Of a stretch of DNA of 64,000 nucleotides, positions 1 to 9,834 are shown piece by piece. The DNA comes from Vicinamibacterales bacterium (GTDB taxonomy: Bacteria; Acidobacteriota; Vicinamibacteria; Vicinamibacterales; SCN-69-37), in the NCBI GenBank assembly GCA_035633215.1, contig DASQFI010000045.1, positions 153,068 through 217,067 of the forward strand, in the 5' to 3' direction. A program made the translations under genes and the position numbers. The notes below the pieces were generated by a model, which was not told the DNA's origin, did no database searches, and was given only the letters and a program-made list of their open reading frames with translations. Each line of letters starts with the position of its first letter. Position 1 is the stretch's first letter.

Positions 1-803
1 CTCTCCTCGAGCAGCGCCTCGAGGCCCGCGGCATGCGGGCCTCGCGACAGGGCATTCAGGCCGAAGTGCGCGATCACCCGATTCTCGCCGACCAGCGGCA
101 CGACATCGGCGAGCGTGCCGATGGCGGCGATCTTGATGAAGTGCGGAAGGAGCTCGGGCCCGCGGCCGCTCGCCGCAAGCAGCGCCTGGACCAGCTTGAG
201 CGCAACGCCAACGCCCGCCAGCCCTTTGTCAGGGTATCGGCAATCGGCGCGTTTGGGATTGATGACCGCCAGAGCCGGCGGGAGCAGCGATTCCGGCTCG
301 TGGTGGTCGGTGATGATCAGGTCGACGCCCAACGCGCGGGCCCGTTCGGCCGCCTCTTTCGCGCGGATCCCGCAATCCACCGAAATCACGAGCCTGGCGC
401 CGGCGGCGCCCAGGCGCTCGATCGTGGCTGGCTGCAAACCGTACCCGTCGAGGAGCCGATTCGGGACGAAGTGGACGACGTTGCCGCCGAGCAGCTCGAT
501 GGCGCGACGGAGGATCACCGTGGACGTCACGCCGTCGACGTCGTAGTCGCCGTGGATGGCGATCGGCTCGGACCGGGCAATCGCGGCAAGGAGGCGGTCG
601 ACCGCCTCGCGCATGCCGGCGAGCAGGAACGGATCGTGAAGCTGCGTCAGGTCGGGATGGAGGAATCTGTGCGCGGCGTCGGGATCGCCGAGGCCACGCT
701 GACACAGCAGCCGCGCGATGACGGGCGGCACGCGCAGGGCCGCCGCCGTCTCCTGAACGCGCGCCTCGTCCGCCGGGACATCCTCCCAGACGCGCGGCAG
801 CAT
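1..803 (-). CDS. recJ: ssDNA-specific exonuclease RecJ (5' part; runs off window edge)
   Basis: Hand translation of minus strand from ATG at 803: MLPRVWEDVP...IHGDYDVDGVTST...ISVDCGI...IITDHHEP...LAGVGVA (DHH family motifs). Start overlaps accA stop (TGATG). Not in the ORF track because it is open at the edge. Confidence 0.92.
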   Translation of the reverse strand, partial: MLPRVWEDVPADEARVQETAAALRVPPVIARLLCQRGLGDPDAAHRFLHPDLTQLHDPFLLAGMREAVDRLLAAIARSEPIAIHGDYDVDGVTSTVILRRAIELLGGNVVHFVPNRLLDGYGLQPATIERLGAAGARLVISVDCGIRAKEAAERARALGVDLIITDHHEPESLLPPALAVINPKRADCRYPDKGLAGVGVALKLVQALLAASGRGPELLPHFIKIAAIGTLADVVPLVGENRVIAHFGLNALSRGPHAAGLEALLEE

Positions 804-1885
804 CAACCAGCCTGACCCGATCCCGATCGGGATCGTCCCGATCCAATCTTTATCGCGGGGGCCCCTGCTCCCCCGCTGGCGGCGGCCAACCGCGGCGCGG
901 CGCCTGGCGCCGCCGGCTGGCTGTCGTCAAAGAACGCCTGCCCCAGCCGGCCCATGGCGCGAAACTTCTGATACCGGGCGTCCAGGCGCGCGGCGGCTTC
1001 CAGCGGTTGGAGCTCGCCCAGGTGACGCAGCAGCGCTTCGTCGACGAGCGAAGCCGCCTCGTCGTAGTCGAGGTGCGCGCCGCCCACGGGCTCCTTGACG
1101 ATCTCGTCGATGAGCTCCAGCGACAGGAGATCGGGCGCGGTGATCTTGAGCGCCTTGGCGGCGTCGACCTTGCGCTTGGCGTCGCGCCACAGGATGGCCG
1201 CGCACCCTTCCGGCGGGATCACGCTGTAGACGCTGAACTCCTGCATCAGCACGCGATCGCCGACCGCGATGCCGAGCGCCCCGCCGCTCCCGCCCTCGCC
1301 GCAGACCAGGATGACGATGGGCGTGTCGAGCAGCGCCATCTCACGCAAGTTCACCGCAATCGCTTCGGCGACGCCGCGCTCTTCCGACTCGACGCCGGGA
1401 TAGGCCGCAGGCGTGTCCACGAAGACGAGGACCGGGAGGCGGAACTTCTCCGCCATCTTCATGACCCGAAGCGCCTTGCGATATCCCTCCGGCTTCGCGT
1501 ACCCGAAGTTGCGGTAGATCTTCTGCTTGGTCTCGCGGCCCTTCTGATGGCCGACCACGGCGACCGGCTTGTCGTGGTAGTAGCCAAGGCCCGCGATCAT
1601 CGCCTTGTCGTCGGCGAAACGGCGATCGCCGTGCAGCTCGCTGAAGTCGGGAAACAGCCGCTCGATGTAGTCGAGCGTCCCGGGCCGGTTCGGATGGCGC
1701 GCGACCTGAAGCCGTTCCCAGGCGCCGAGCCCGGCGAAAATCTCCGTGCGCAGCTCGCGTACGCGTGCCTCGAGCCTCGCAATCGACGCCAGCCGATCGG
1801 TCGTCTTGGGCATCAGCTTCAGCGCTTCGATTTCTTTCAGAAGCACCGCGACGGGTTCTTCAAAATCCAGCAGGTCGCCCAACAT
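803..1885 (-). CDS. accA: Acetyl-CoA carboxylase carboxyltransferase alpha subunit
   Basis: LDFEEP start, ARHPNRP, FGYAKPEGYRKALR, GEGGSGGALG, VIPPEGCAAILW; follows dnaE as is common. Confidence 0.97.
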   Translation of the reverse strand: MLGDLLDFEEPVAVLLKEIEALKLMPKTTDRLASIARLEARVRELRTEIFAGLGAWERLQVARHPNRPGTLDYIERLFPDFSELHGDRRFADDKAMIAGLGYYHDKPVAVVGHQKGRETKQKIYRNFGYAKPEGYRKALRVMKMAEKFRLPVLVFVDTPAAYPGVESEERGVAEAIAVNLREMALLDTPIVILVCGEGGSGGALGIAVGDRVLMQEFSVYSVIPPEGCAAILWRDAKRKVDAAKALKITAPDLLSLELIDEIVKEPVGGAHLDYDEAASLVDEALLRHLGELQPLEAAARLDARYQKFRAMGRLGQAFFDDSQPAAPGAAPRLAAASGGAGAPAIKIGSGRSRSGSGQAG

Positions 1886-1930
1886 GATTCATCCTGTGCC
1901 GTTCCAACTTGTCGTCCCGAAGGCCACCTG

Positions 1931-4900
1931 TCACGCCTTCAACATGACTGATCCGGACCCGCACAACGCCTCGACGTCACGGACGAAATGATCGCTCGGC
2001 TTGATTCGGCGGGCCGTCGCCGCGCGGACGACCAGGTGGTCGTCGCCGCCGTTGACTTCGACGACGAATGACACCCGCCGGTCGCCGGGATACCGCTCGA
2101 GCACGTCGGCCAGCTCGCGCATGACGTCGCGTCCGAGCCCGCGCCCGGCCAGGTGGATCTGCACCTCGCGGATGGCGCGGTCGCGGACGACGTCGAGCGG
2201 CGTGATCTCCGACACGATCAACCGGCTCGATTCCTCGTCGCGCTCGTATTTGCCCCGGACGAGCAGCATCGCGTCGTCCACGACGAGTGATCCGTGCTTG
2301 CCGAACGCCTCGGGGAAGACGACCGCCTCGACCTTCGCCGCCTCGTCCTCGAGGCTGAACACCGCCATGCGATCGCCACGCTTCGTCTTGAGATGACGCA
2401 CGCCGGTCGCGACGCCGCCAATCGAACAATCCGCTTCCGGCTGCGTGAGATCGGCGAGCCGCCGCGCGCCCGCGATCGCGAGCGCTTCCGCGTACCGCTG
2501 CAGCGGATGCCCGGTGATGTAGAGCCCGAGCGCTTCCTTCTCGAACGCCAGCGCCTCGGTCTCCGTCCAGGCGCGCACGGGCGCGAGCGCGGCCACGTCG
2601 TCGTGCGTGTTCATGGGGCCGTCGCCGCCACCGAAGAGCTGCGACTGGCCCTGCTCGCGGTCCTTCTGCTGGCGGCTGCCGTGGTCGAGGATGCGGTCCA
2701 GCCCCGCGATGAGCCGCGGCCGCCACGCCAGATAGCCTTCCCGCCCGTCGGGCGCGAGCGAATCGAAGGCGCCGGCCTTGATCAGGCTTTCGACCACCTT
2801 CTTGTTCACGAGGCGCAAATCGATGTGCTCGGAGAGCGAGAACAGTGAATCGATCTTGCCGCCGAGCGCTTTCCGGGTCTCGAGAATCGACCGGATGGCG
2901 CCTTCCCCGGCGCCCTTGACCGCCCCCAGCCCGAACCGGATGCCGTCTGGCTGCACCACGAATGCCAGCTCGCTCATGTTGATGTCGGGCGGCAGCACGG
3001 GCACGCTCAACTCGCGGCATTCCGCGAGGTAGAGCGCGACCTTGTCCGAGTTCTGTGACTCGATAGTGAGGAGCGCGGCCATGAAATGGCGCGGATAGTT
3101 GGCCTTGAGGTAGGCCGTCTGGTACGCGAGCAGCGCATAGGCCGCCGAGTGCGACTTCGGGAAGCCGTAGCCGGCGAAGAACTCGATGTACTCGAAGATC
3201 TTCGACGCTTTCTTGTCGGAGATGCCGCGCGCGCGGCACCCCTTGATGAAGGTGGACCGCTGCGCCTGCATCTTGGCGGCGTCCTTCTTCCCCATCGCGC
3301 GGCGCAGCTCGTCGGCCTGGCCGAGCGTGAAGCCGGCCAGCTCGCTCGCCAGGCGCATGACCTGTTCCTGGTAGGCGATGACGCCGTAGGTCTCCTTGAC
3401 GACCGGCTCCATCTGCGGGAGCTCGTACTTGACCTCGACGCGGCCATGCTTGCGCGCGATGTAATCGTCGACGACTCCCCCGCGCAGCGGCCCCGGCCGG
3501 TAGAGCGCGTTCAACGCGATGAGATCCTCGAGGCACTGCGGCCGCGCCTTGCGAAGCGTGTCGCGCATGCCCGAGCTCTCGAACTGGAAGACGCCGTAGG
3601 TCTGCCCCGTCTGAAAGATCTGATACGTCTTCTGATCGTCCAGCGGCAGCTGTTCGAGGCTGATGACGTCGCCGGTCGTCTCGTGAATGTGCTTGACCGC
3701 ATCGTCGAGCAGCGTGAGCGTGCTCAGGCCGAGAAAATCGATCTTGAGCAGACCGATGCGATCGATCTCCTTCATCGCCCACTGCGTCGTGATTTCGCCG
3801 TCGTCCTTCTGGCTTCGATAGAGCGGCACGAACTCGGTCAGCGGTTTCGGCGCAATGACGACGCCGGCGGCGTGGACGGAGGCATGACGCGTGATGCCTT
3901 CGAGACGCCGCGCCACTTCGAGGATCTGGCGGACGCGCTCGTCGCGCTGTTCCAGCTCGGCGAGCGCAGGATTCTCGTTGACCGCGCGATCGAGCGTCAT
4001 ATCCACCTGGTTCGGAATGAGCTTCGCGACCCGGTCGACGTCGCTGATCGGCATCTCCATGACCCGGCCGACGTCGCGGACCACCGCGCGGGCCTTCAAG
4101 GTGCCGAAGGTGATGATCTGCGCGACGCTGTCACGGCCGTACTTCTCGGCGACGTAGTTGATGACTTCTCCCCGCCGCCGCTCGCAGAAATCGATGTCGA
4201 TGTCCGGCAGCGTCACCCGCTCCGGATTCAAGAAACGTTCGAAGTAGAGGTCGAAGTGGAGCGGATCGATGTCGGTGATTCGGAGGGAATAGGCGACGAG
4301 GCTCCCGGCTGACGACCCGCGTCCCGGTCCGACCGGGATGCCCCGCTCGCGCGCATAGCGGATGAAGTCCCAGACAATCAGGAAATAGCTGAGGTACTTC
4401 ATCTGCTTGATGAGGCCCATTTCGTACGCCAGCCGGGTGTGGTACTCAGACAGCGGGCGGCGAAGCTGACCGGCGGCGTCAAGGGCGCGCAGCCGAACGA
4501 GCCGGTCCTCGAATCCCGCGCGGACCACCTTTTCGAAGTACGACTCGAGACTGAACCCGTCCGGCACCTGGAAGTCCGGCAGGTGCGCCTCGCCCTTGGG
4601 CAGCGTCACGTTGCAGCGTTCCGCGATGTGCAGCGTGTTCGAAAGTGCCTCGGGCCAGTCGCCGAACACGGCGCGCATCTCGCCGGCCGTTTTCAGGAAG
4701 AACTGATCGCCGTGATACCGGAGCCGCTTCTCGTCGCTGACGTTCTTTCCCGTGCCGATGCACAGCAGCACGTCGTGCGGATGCCGGTCGGTCTGCCGCA
4801 GGTAGTGGACGTCGTTCGTGCAGACGAGCGGCAGTCCGAGGTCGCGCGCGATCGGCAACAGTCCGGTGTTCACGACGCGCTGCTCGTCGATGCCCTGGTC

Positions 4901-5428
4901 CTGCATCTCGAGGAAGAAGTTCCCCGGTCCGAGAATGTCGCGGAAGGTCGCCGCCGCCTCCAGCGCCTTGCGTGGCTGGTCGTTCCGAATCCCGGTCGCC
5001 ACCTCGCCCTTCAGGCAGCTACTCAGGCCGATAAGGCCCGCCGAGTGTTTGGCGAGCAGCGCCTTGTCGATCCGCGGCCGGTAGTAGAACCCGTCCATGT
5101 ATCCCGCCGAGACCAGGCGAATCAGGTTGTGAAAGCCTTCATGGGTCTCCGAAAGCAGGACGAGATGATTGGCCGTCTCTCCCGGCTGCCCCGATCGGTC
5201 GGTCCGGCTTCCAGGCGCGACGTAGACCTCGCAGCCGAGGATCGGCTTGATTCCGCGCTTACGCGCCTCGTCATGAAAGGTGACCGCCGAGAACAGGTTC
5301 CCATGTTCGGTGACCGCCACGGCGGGCATGCCCAGTTCGGACACGCGATCCAGGAGCTCGCCCATCCGGCAGGCGCCGTCGAGCAGCGAGAACTCCGTGT
5401 GCAGATGCAAATGAACGAATTCGCTCAT
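1931..5428 (-). CDS. dnaE: DNA polymerase III alpha subunit
   Basis: PHP domain FVHLHLHTEFSLLDG, GPGRGSSAGS, PDIDIDF, KIDFLGL, C-terminal OB fold. Start set at MSEFVH (ATG 5428); no intein visible. Confidence 0.97.
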   Translation of the reverse strand: MSEFVHLHLHTEFSLLDGACRMGELLDRVSELGMPAVAVTEHGNLFSAVTFHDEARKRGIKPILGCEVYVAPGSRTDRSGQPGETANHLVLLSETHEGFHNLIRLVSAGYMDGFYYRPRIDKALLAKHSAGLIGLSSCLKGEVATGIRNDQPRKALEAAATFRDILGPGNFFLEMQDQGIDEQRVVNTGLLPIARDLGLPLVCTNDVHYLRQTDRHPHDVLLCIGTGKNVSDEKRLRYHGDQFFLKTAGEMRAVFGDWPEALSNTLHIAERCNVTLPKGEAHLPDFQVPDGFSLESYFEKVVRAGFEDRLVRLRALDAAGQLRRPLSEYHTRLAYEMGLIKQMKYLSYFLIVWDFIRYARERGIPVGPGRGSSAGSLVAYSLRITDIDPLHFDLYFERFLNPERVTLPDIDIDFCERRRGEVINYVAEKYGRDSVAQIITFGTLKARAVVRDVGRVMEMPISDVDRVAKLIPNQVDMTLDRAVNENPALAELEQRDERVRQILEVARRLEGITRHASVHAAGVVIAPKPLTEFVPLYRSQKDDGEITTQWAMKEIDRIGLLKIDFLGLSTLTLLDDAVKHIHETTGDVISLEQLPLDDQKTYQIFQTGQTYGVFQFESSGMRDTLRKARPQCLEDLIALNALYRPGPLRGGVVDDYIARKHGRVEVKYELPQMEPVVKETYGVIAYQEQVMRLASELAGFTLGQADELRRAMGKKDAAKMQAQRSTFIKGCRARGISDKKASKIFEYIEFFAGYGFPKSHSAAYALLAYQTAYLKANYPRHFMAALLTIESQNSDKVALYLAECRELSVPVLPPDINMSELAFVVQPDGIRFGLGAVKGAGEGAIRSILETRKALGGKIDSLFSLSEHIDLRLVNKKVVESLIKAGAFDSLAPDGREGYLAWRPRLIAGLDRILDHGSRQQKDREQGQSQLFGGGDGPMNTHDDVAALAPVRAWTETEALAFEKEALGLYITGHPLQRYAEALAIAGARRLADLTQPEADCSIGGVATGVRHLKTKRGDRMAVFSLEDEAAKVEAVVFPEAFGKHGSLVVDDAMLLVRGKYERDEESSRLIVSEITPLDVVRDRAIREVQIHLAGRGLGRDVMRELADVLERYPGDRRVSFVVEVNGGDDHLVVRAATARRIKPSDHFVRDVEALCGSGSVMLKA

Positions 5429-5441
5429 CCCGCAAGCCCCT

Positions 5442-6977
5442 TCATTCCCACTCGATCGTCGCCGGTGGCTTGGAGCTGATGTCATAGACGACGCGGTTGA
5501 TGCCGCGCACCTCGTTGACGATGCGTGACGACATCGCCGCGAGCAGATCTGGCGGCAGCCGCGCCCAGTCGGCCGTCATGCCGTCGCGGCTTTCGACCGC
5601 GCGAATCGCGATCGTGTACTCGTACGTCCGGCCATCCCCCATCACGCCCACGCTCTGCACCGGCAAAAGCACCGCGAAGGACTGCCAGAGCCGCCGGTAC
5701 CAGCCGGACGTGCGAATCTCGTCGGCCACGACCGCATCGGCGCGCCGGACCAGATCCAACCGCTCACGAGTGATGGGGCCCACGACGCGCACCGCCAGCC
5801 CCGGTCCCGGAAACGGCTGTCGCCAAACGAACTCATCGTCGAGCCCCAGCGTCGTGCCGACGGCGCGGACCTCATCCTTGAAGAGCGCCCGAAGCGGTTC
5901 GATCAACTTGAATCGCATGCGCTCGGGCAGGCCGCCGACGTTGTGGTGACTCTTGATGGCCGCCGACGGGCCGACGACCGAGACGCTCTCGATGACGTCC
6001 GGGTAGAGCGTGCCCTGGGCGAGAAAGTCGAAGGTGCCGAGCTCGGCGGCCCGTTTCTCGAACACGTCGATGAAGGCGGCGCCGATGATTTTGCGCTTCT
6101 TTTCCGGATCCACGACGTCCTTCAGCCGCTCGAGAAAGAGATCCGTGGCGTCGACGAACTCGAGCGGCAGGCCCAGGCGCTCGAATCGGGCGCGCACCTG
6201 GGCGGCCTCGTTGAGACGAAGCAGGCCGTTGTCCACGAAGATGCACGTCAGCCGATCGCCGATGGCGCGGTGCAGGAGCAGCGCGGCGACCGTGGAGTCC
6301 ACGCCGCCGGACAGCCCGCACACGACGCGTCCGTCGCCGACAGCCGTGCGCATGCGTGCGACGCTCTCGTCGACGAACGACGCCATGGTCCAGTCGCCCC
6401 GGCACCCGCAGATCTCGAACGCGAAGTTGCGAAGAATCTGCTCGCCCCGCTCCGTGTGCGCGACTTCCGGGTGGAACAGCAAGCCGTACAGGCGGCGCGT
6501 GGCGTCCTGCATCGCCGCGACCGGTGCATTGGCCGACGTCGCGATGATCTCGAATCCGGCCGGCGGCGCCGCGACAAAATCGCCATGACTGGCCCAGACT
6601 CTCAACGAGTCGGGCACGTCATCGAAGAGCGGCGCGCCGTCGATCAGCGTGACGACGGCATGGCCGTACTCGCGGCTCGGCGCATGCGTCACCTGCCCGC
6701 CGAGCGCATCGGTCATGAGCTGCATGCCGTAGCAGATGCCGAGTGTCGGGGTGCCCAGCTTCAACACAGCCGGGTCAGGTTTGGGCGCACCCGGCTCGGA
6801 CACGCTGCGCGGTCCGCCCGAGAGAATGATGCCGACGGGCGCGCGCTTCGAGATCTCCGACACCGGCGTCTGCGGCGGGAGGATCTCCGAGTAGACCGAC
6901 AGCTCACGCAAGCGGCGCGCAATCAGCTGCGTGTACTGCGAGCCGAAATCAAGGACGACGATCGTTTGATGTGTCAC
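5442..6977 (-). CDS. guaA: GMP synthase (glutamine-hydrolysing)
   Basis: [56 protein letters not shown]. Likely GTG start at 6977; the longer track ORF is an antisense extension. Confidence 0.97.
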   Translation of the reverse strand: MTHQTIVVLDFGSQYTQLIARRLRELSVYSEILPPQTPVSEISKRAPVGIILSGGPRSVSEPGAPKPDPAVLKLGTPTLGICYGMQLMTDALGGQVTHAPSREYGHAVVTLIDGAPLFDDVPDSLRVWASHGDFVAAPPAGFEIIATSANAPVAAMQDATRRLYGLLFHPEVAHTERGEQILRNFAFEICGCRGDWTMASFVDESVARMRTAVGDGRVVCGLSGGVDSTVAALLLHRAIGDRLTCIFVDNGLLRLNEAAQVRARFERLGLPLEFVDATDLFLERLKDVVDPEKKRKIIGAAFIDVFEKRAAELGTFDFLAQGTLYPDVIESVSVVGPSAAIKSHHNVGGLPERMRFKLIEPLRALFKDEVRAVGTTLGLDDEFVWRQPFPGPGLAVRVVGPITRERLDLVRRADAVVADEIRTSGWYRRLWQSFAVLLPVQSVGVMGDGRTYEYTIAIRAVESRDGMTADWARLPPDLLAAMSSRIVNEVRGINRVVYDISSKPPATIEWE

Positions 6978-7041
6978 CGCAGACCGGTACGGAAGCAACT
7001 GCGAGGCCAGGTGCCTCTTCGGAATCTCGCTATTATAAGGC

Positions 7042-8178
7042 GTGGCCACTGCCGCGACCACGATATGTTGTGGTGTCGCAATCGTCGTGAGTCTTTTCCT
7101 ACCCCAGACACCACCGCCGGTTGAGCAAGTCGTGCCGCCGGTTCCCGTCGCGCCGGCCGCCGCCAAGCCGGCCGTGCCCGCCGTCACATACGAATCGGCG
7201 TGGCAGAAGACGATCGAATCGGACAGCGCGCTCCAAATCGCCGTTGCCGGACGCCGCGTGATCGTCTCGGGCGCGAAATCCGCGCTGATGGCGATCGCAC
7301 CCGCCGACGGGACCGAAGCGTGGGCGAAAGAGCTGCCGTCGTCGGTGCGCGTCGCCTCGGGCGATGGACTCGTCTTCGTGGCGTCCGGGGAACGTTTGCA
7401 CGCGTTGGACGAGACGAACGGCAACGAAAAATGGACCGCACGCATCGCCGCTGGCGCGACGATCGGTCCGACCTGGGCCAAGGGATTCGTCGTCTGTTCG
7501 AGCGGCCCGGAGTTGGTTGGCATTCGCAGCGCCGATGGGAGCGAAGTCTGGCGCCGGCACGTCGGCGTGGATACGGCGCTGCCGATCGTGATCGAGGGCG
7601 GACGCGTGTTCGCGGGCCTCGCCAACAAGACAATCGTGGTGCTCGATCTTGTCACCGGCGCGGTCGAGCGGCAGATGCTCCTCAGTGCGAAGCCGAATGA
7701 ACTCGTTGCAGCCGGCGACCGGTTCTATTTCGGCGCCGACAATGGGGTCGTGTACGCCTATCGAGCTAATAGCGAGGATTCGAGCTGGGAATGGCCCATC
7801 GGCGTGAACGCTGTCGGCGCGCCCGCCATCGACGAGCGCTGCGTCTATGTCGCGTTCATGGACAACTCGGTCCGGGCGTACCGGCGCGGGTCTGGAAGCC
7901 ATTGCTGGTCGCCGCGCAGCGTGACCGGCCGGCCGGCCGCCGGTCCAATGCTCGCGGGGACCCACCTGGTGGTGCCGCTGACGACGGGCGAGCTAGTCAT
8001 CCTCGAGGCGAAGGACGGCCGGCCGGTCCGTCGTCCTGACCCGCCCACGACGCCGGCCGTGCAGCTGTCAGGAGCGACGCTTCAGGCGATTGCGGCGTCG
8101 CCCGGCGTCTCGTCGGTCTACCTGGTTTCAATTGGAGGCGATCAACGGCGGGTGCTGACCGCGTGGCGGCGGAAGTGA
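7042..8178 (+). CDS. Exported PQQ-like/BamB-like beta-propeller protein
   Basis: Signal-like N-terminus, Pro-rich linker, repeated 'A..A.DG.E.W' propeller blades. Confidence 0.75.
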   Translation: MATAATTICCGVAIVVSLFLPQTPPPVEQVVPPVPVAPAAAKPAVPAVTYESAWQKTIESDSALQIAVAGRRVIVSGAKSALMAIAPADGTEAWAKELPSSVRVASGDGLVFVASGERLHALDETNGNEKWTARIAAGATIGPTWAKGFVVCSSGPELVGIRSADGSEVWRRHVGVDTALPIVIEGGRVFAGLANKTIVVLDLVTGAVERQMLLSAKPNELVAAGDRFYFGADNGVVYAYRANSEDSSWEWPIGVNAVGAPAIDERCVYVAFMDNSVRAYRRGSGSHCWSPRSVTGRPAAGPMLAGTHLVVPLTTGELVILEAKDGRPVRRPDPPTTPAVQLSGATLQAIAASPGVSSVYLVSIGGDQRRVLTAWRRK

Positions 8179-8737
8179 TGTCATTTCCCCCACCGCCGCT
8201 GCCAGCCTCGCCACACCTTCTTCAATTCTGTCCGGCGGCGGCGCGGAGAACGAGAGCCTCAGGTATTGTTTCCCGGACCCGTCTACGAAAAAGGGCGCTG
8301 GTAATGCGCGCGCAGGTCCGACATTGCGAAACGCGCTGATGGCGCCCGTATACGACGACAGCTCGAGCAGGGCGACGTCTCCCGGATCGAGCAGCACGCG
8401 CGCAATGAGGTCCAGGCCCTGTTGCGAGCCGGTCGTCACGACCGTCCGCTCGACGGAAGACTGGATGCCCCGCGCGCGCATCAGCTCGACGACGGCGTTG
8501 CGGAGCGGCATGTAGCCGCGCGTCGGGTCGTATTGGAGCACCGGTCGGTCCGCCCCGCCGAGCCAGACCGCGCGCGATTTCGGCGAACGCCTGCCAGGGG
8601 AACACGTCTTCGGCGGGATACCCTGGCGCGAGCGAGACCATGTCTTTCGCGCCGGCGAGGACCGCGCCCATCTGCCGGATCGCGGAGTCGCGCATGCACC
8701 CGGCCGCTTGCGAAAAAAACCTGTCGTGGTCGGTCAT
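8128..8737 (-). pseudogene. PLP-dependent aminotransferase (class I/MocR-LysN-like), frameshifted and internally deleted
   Basis: MTDHDRFF...SAIRQM...SLAPGYP, +1 frameshift near 8563, then LQYDPTRGY...TTGSQQGLDL...AFRNVG joined directly to C-terminal FFVDGSG..LRLSFS. The PLP-lysine region is missing. Confidence 0.8.
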
Positions 8738-9741
8738 GCGTTGATTCGTACCGGGCGCTCGATCTCGAAGTCGCCCGACCCGGCGCGCCGCCGGTACTGC
8801 GTCTGATACGCGCTCAGCGTCATGAGGCCCATGTACTGGAATACGAGGCCGCGAATCAGCCACGCGGCCGCCTGGAGCGGCAGCAGAATGAGCCCGGCGA
8901 ACGGCACCCACGCGATGAGCGTCAGGCCCGCGGTGGCGAAGACCGACGCCGCCGTGACGAGCGACAGCACCACGCTCATCACGCCGAAAATGCCGAGCAC
9001 CTGACGGGCGTCCTGGACGATGAACGCCCGGGTCCGGGCTAGCGCGACGCCGACGCCGCAGTCGTCGGTCGTGACGATCACGCGCATCAGGTCGTAGGTC
9101 AGATTGATGATGGTGATCGTAATCACGCCCGTGCTCGTCACGATGAGCACGAGCAGCGGCCACGCCGCCGACCAGCTCGACGCGGTCACGAGGCGGAACC
9201 CGAGCGTGAGCGCCGTGATGTACATCAACCCGGCCAGCAGATAGGCCACGCCGAGCCAGGTCGCCAGGAGCATCGCCCGCCGCCGGTACTGGCGGATGCC
9301 GTTCAGGACCGCCGCAAGGGTGTACGCCGCGGCGCGCTGGAACAACTCGACGCGAAGCGGCGGCCGATGGACGTCTCCCGCGCCGCGCTCGGCGCCGACC
9401 AGCACCGCCAGCGTCCCGGCTTTGATGACGGCCATGACGACCCCGCCGCCGAAAGCGACGAGGGTGATGGCCGCCAGGAATGCGCCGAGCGCGATCGGCG
9501 CGCTCGCGAGCGATCCGACCACGAGGTCGGCAGTCGCGCGCACTCCTCCTTCGCCGAAGAGCGCGCGGAGGTCGCTGCCGAGCAGCACCGCCACCATCAA
9601 CGCGCCGCCGACGACCGGAATGGCCATCGCAAATTTGAACGCGGATTCGATCGTGAAGTCGATGAGCACCACGGGCCAGTTCGCGGCGGTCACCAGCGCG
9701 CCGCGCTTGAGCGCCGCGCGCAACGAAAGCGCAGAAGTCAT
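8734..9741 (-). CDS. Multi-pass membrane protein, unknown function
   Basis: 335 aa with several hydrophobic segments; stop overlaps the aminotransferase start (ATGA). Confidence 0.65.
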   Translation of the reverse strand: MTSALSLRAALKRGALVTAANWPVVLIDFTIESAFKFAMAIPVVGGALMVAVLLGSDLRALFGEGGVRATADLVVGSLASAPIALGAFLAAITLVAFGGGVVMAVIKAGTLAVLVGAERGAGDVHRPPLRVELFQRAAAYTLAAVLNGIRQYRRRAMLLATWLGVAYLLAGLMYITALTLGFRLVTASSWSAAWPLLVLIVTSTGVITITIINLTYDLMRVIVTTDDCGVGVALARTRAFIVQDARQVLGIFGVMSVVLSLVTAASVFATAGLTLIAWVPFAGLILLPLQAAAWLIRGLVFQYMGLMTLSAYQTQYRRRAGSGDFEIERPVRINA

Positions 9742-9834
9742 GAGGAAATCGGGGTGCGGAACGGCCTGAACGGCCAGTATAACATCCGCTGTTTTTGGTA
9801 TCCTCAGCGCGATGCGCCGCCGCCGATACGACCC

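Noticed and set aside
1977-3782. Long alternative-frame and antisense ORFs (e.g. 1977-3782, 17515-19542, 24468-27215, 33085-34857, 45951-47525)
   Set aside because: They shadow well-supported genes, are Arg/Ala/Pro/Gly-rich with no motifs, and are expected in high-GC DNA.
6978-7655. N-terminal extension of guaA in the 737-aa track ORF
   Set aside because: It is the antisense of the propeller gene; GuaA homology starts at 6977.
9367-9811. Extra N-terminus of the 1448-aa kinase ORF
   Set aside because: Overlaps the opposite-strand membrane gene and lies upstream of the likely promoter.
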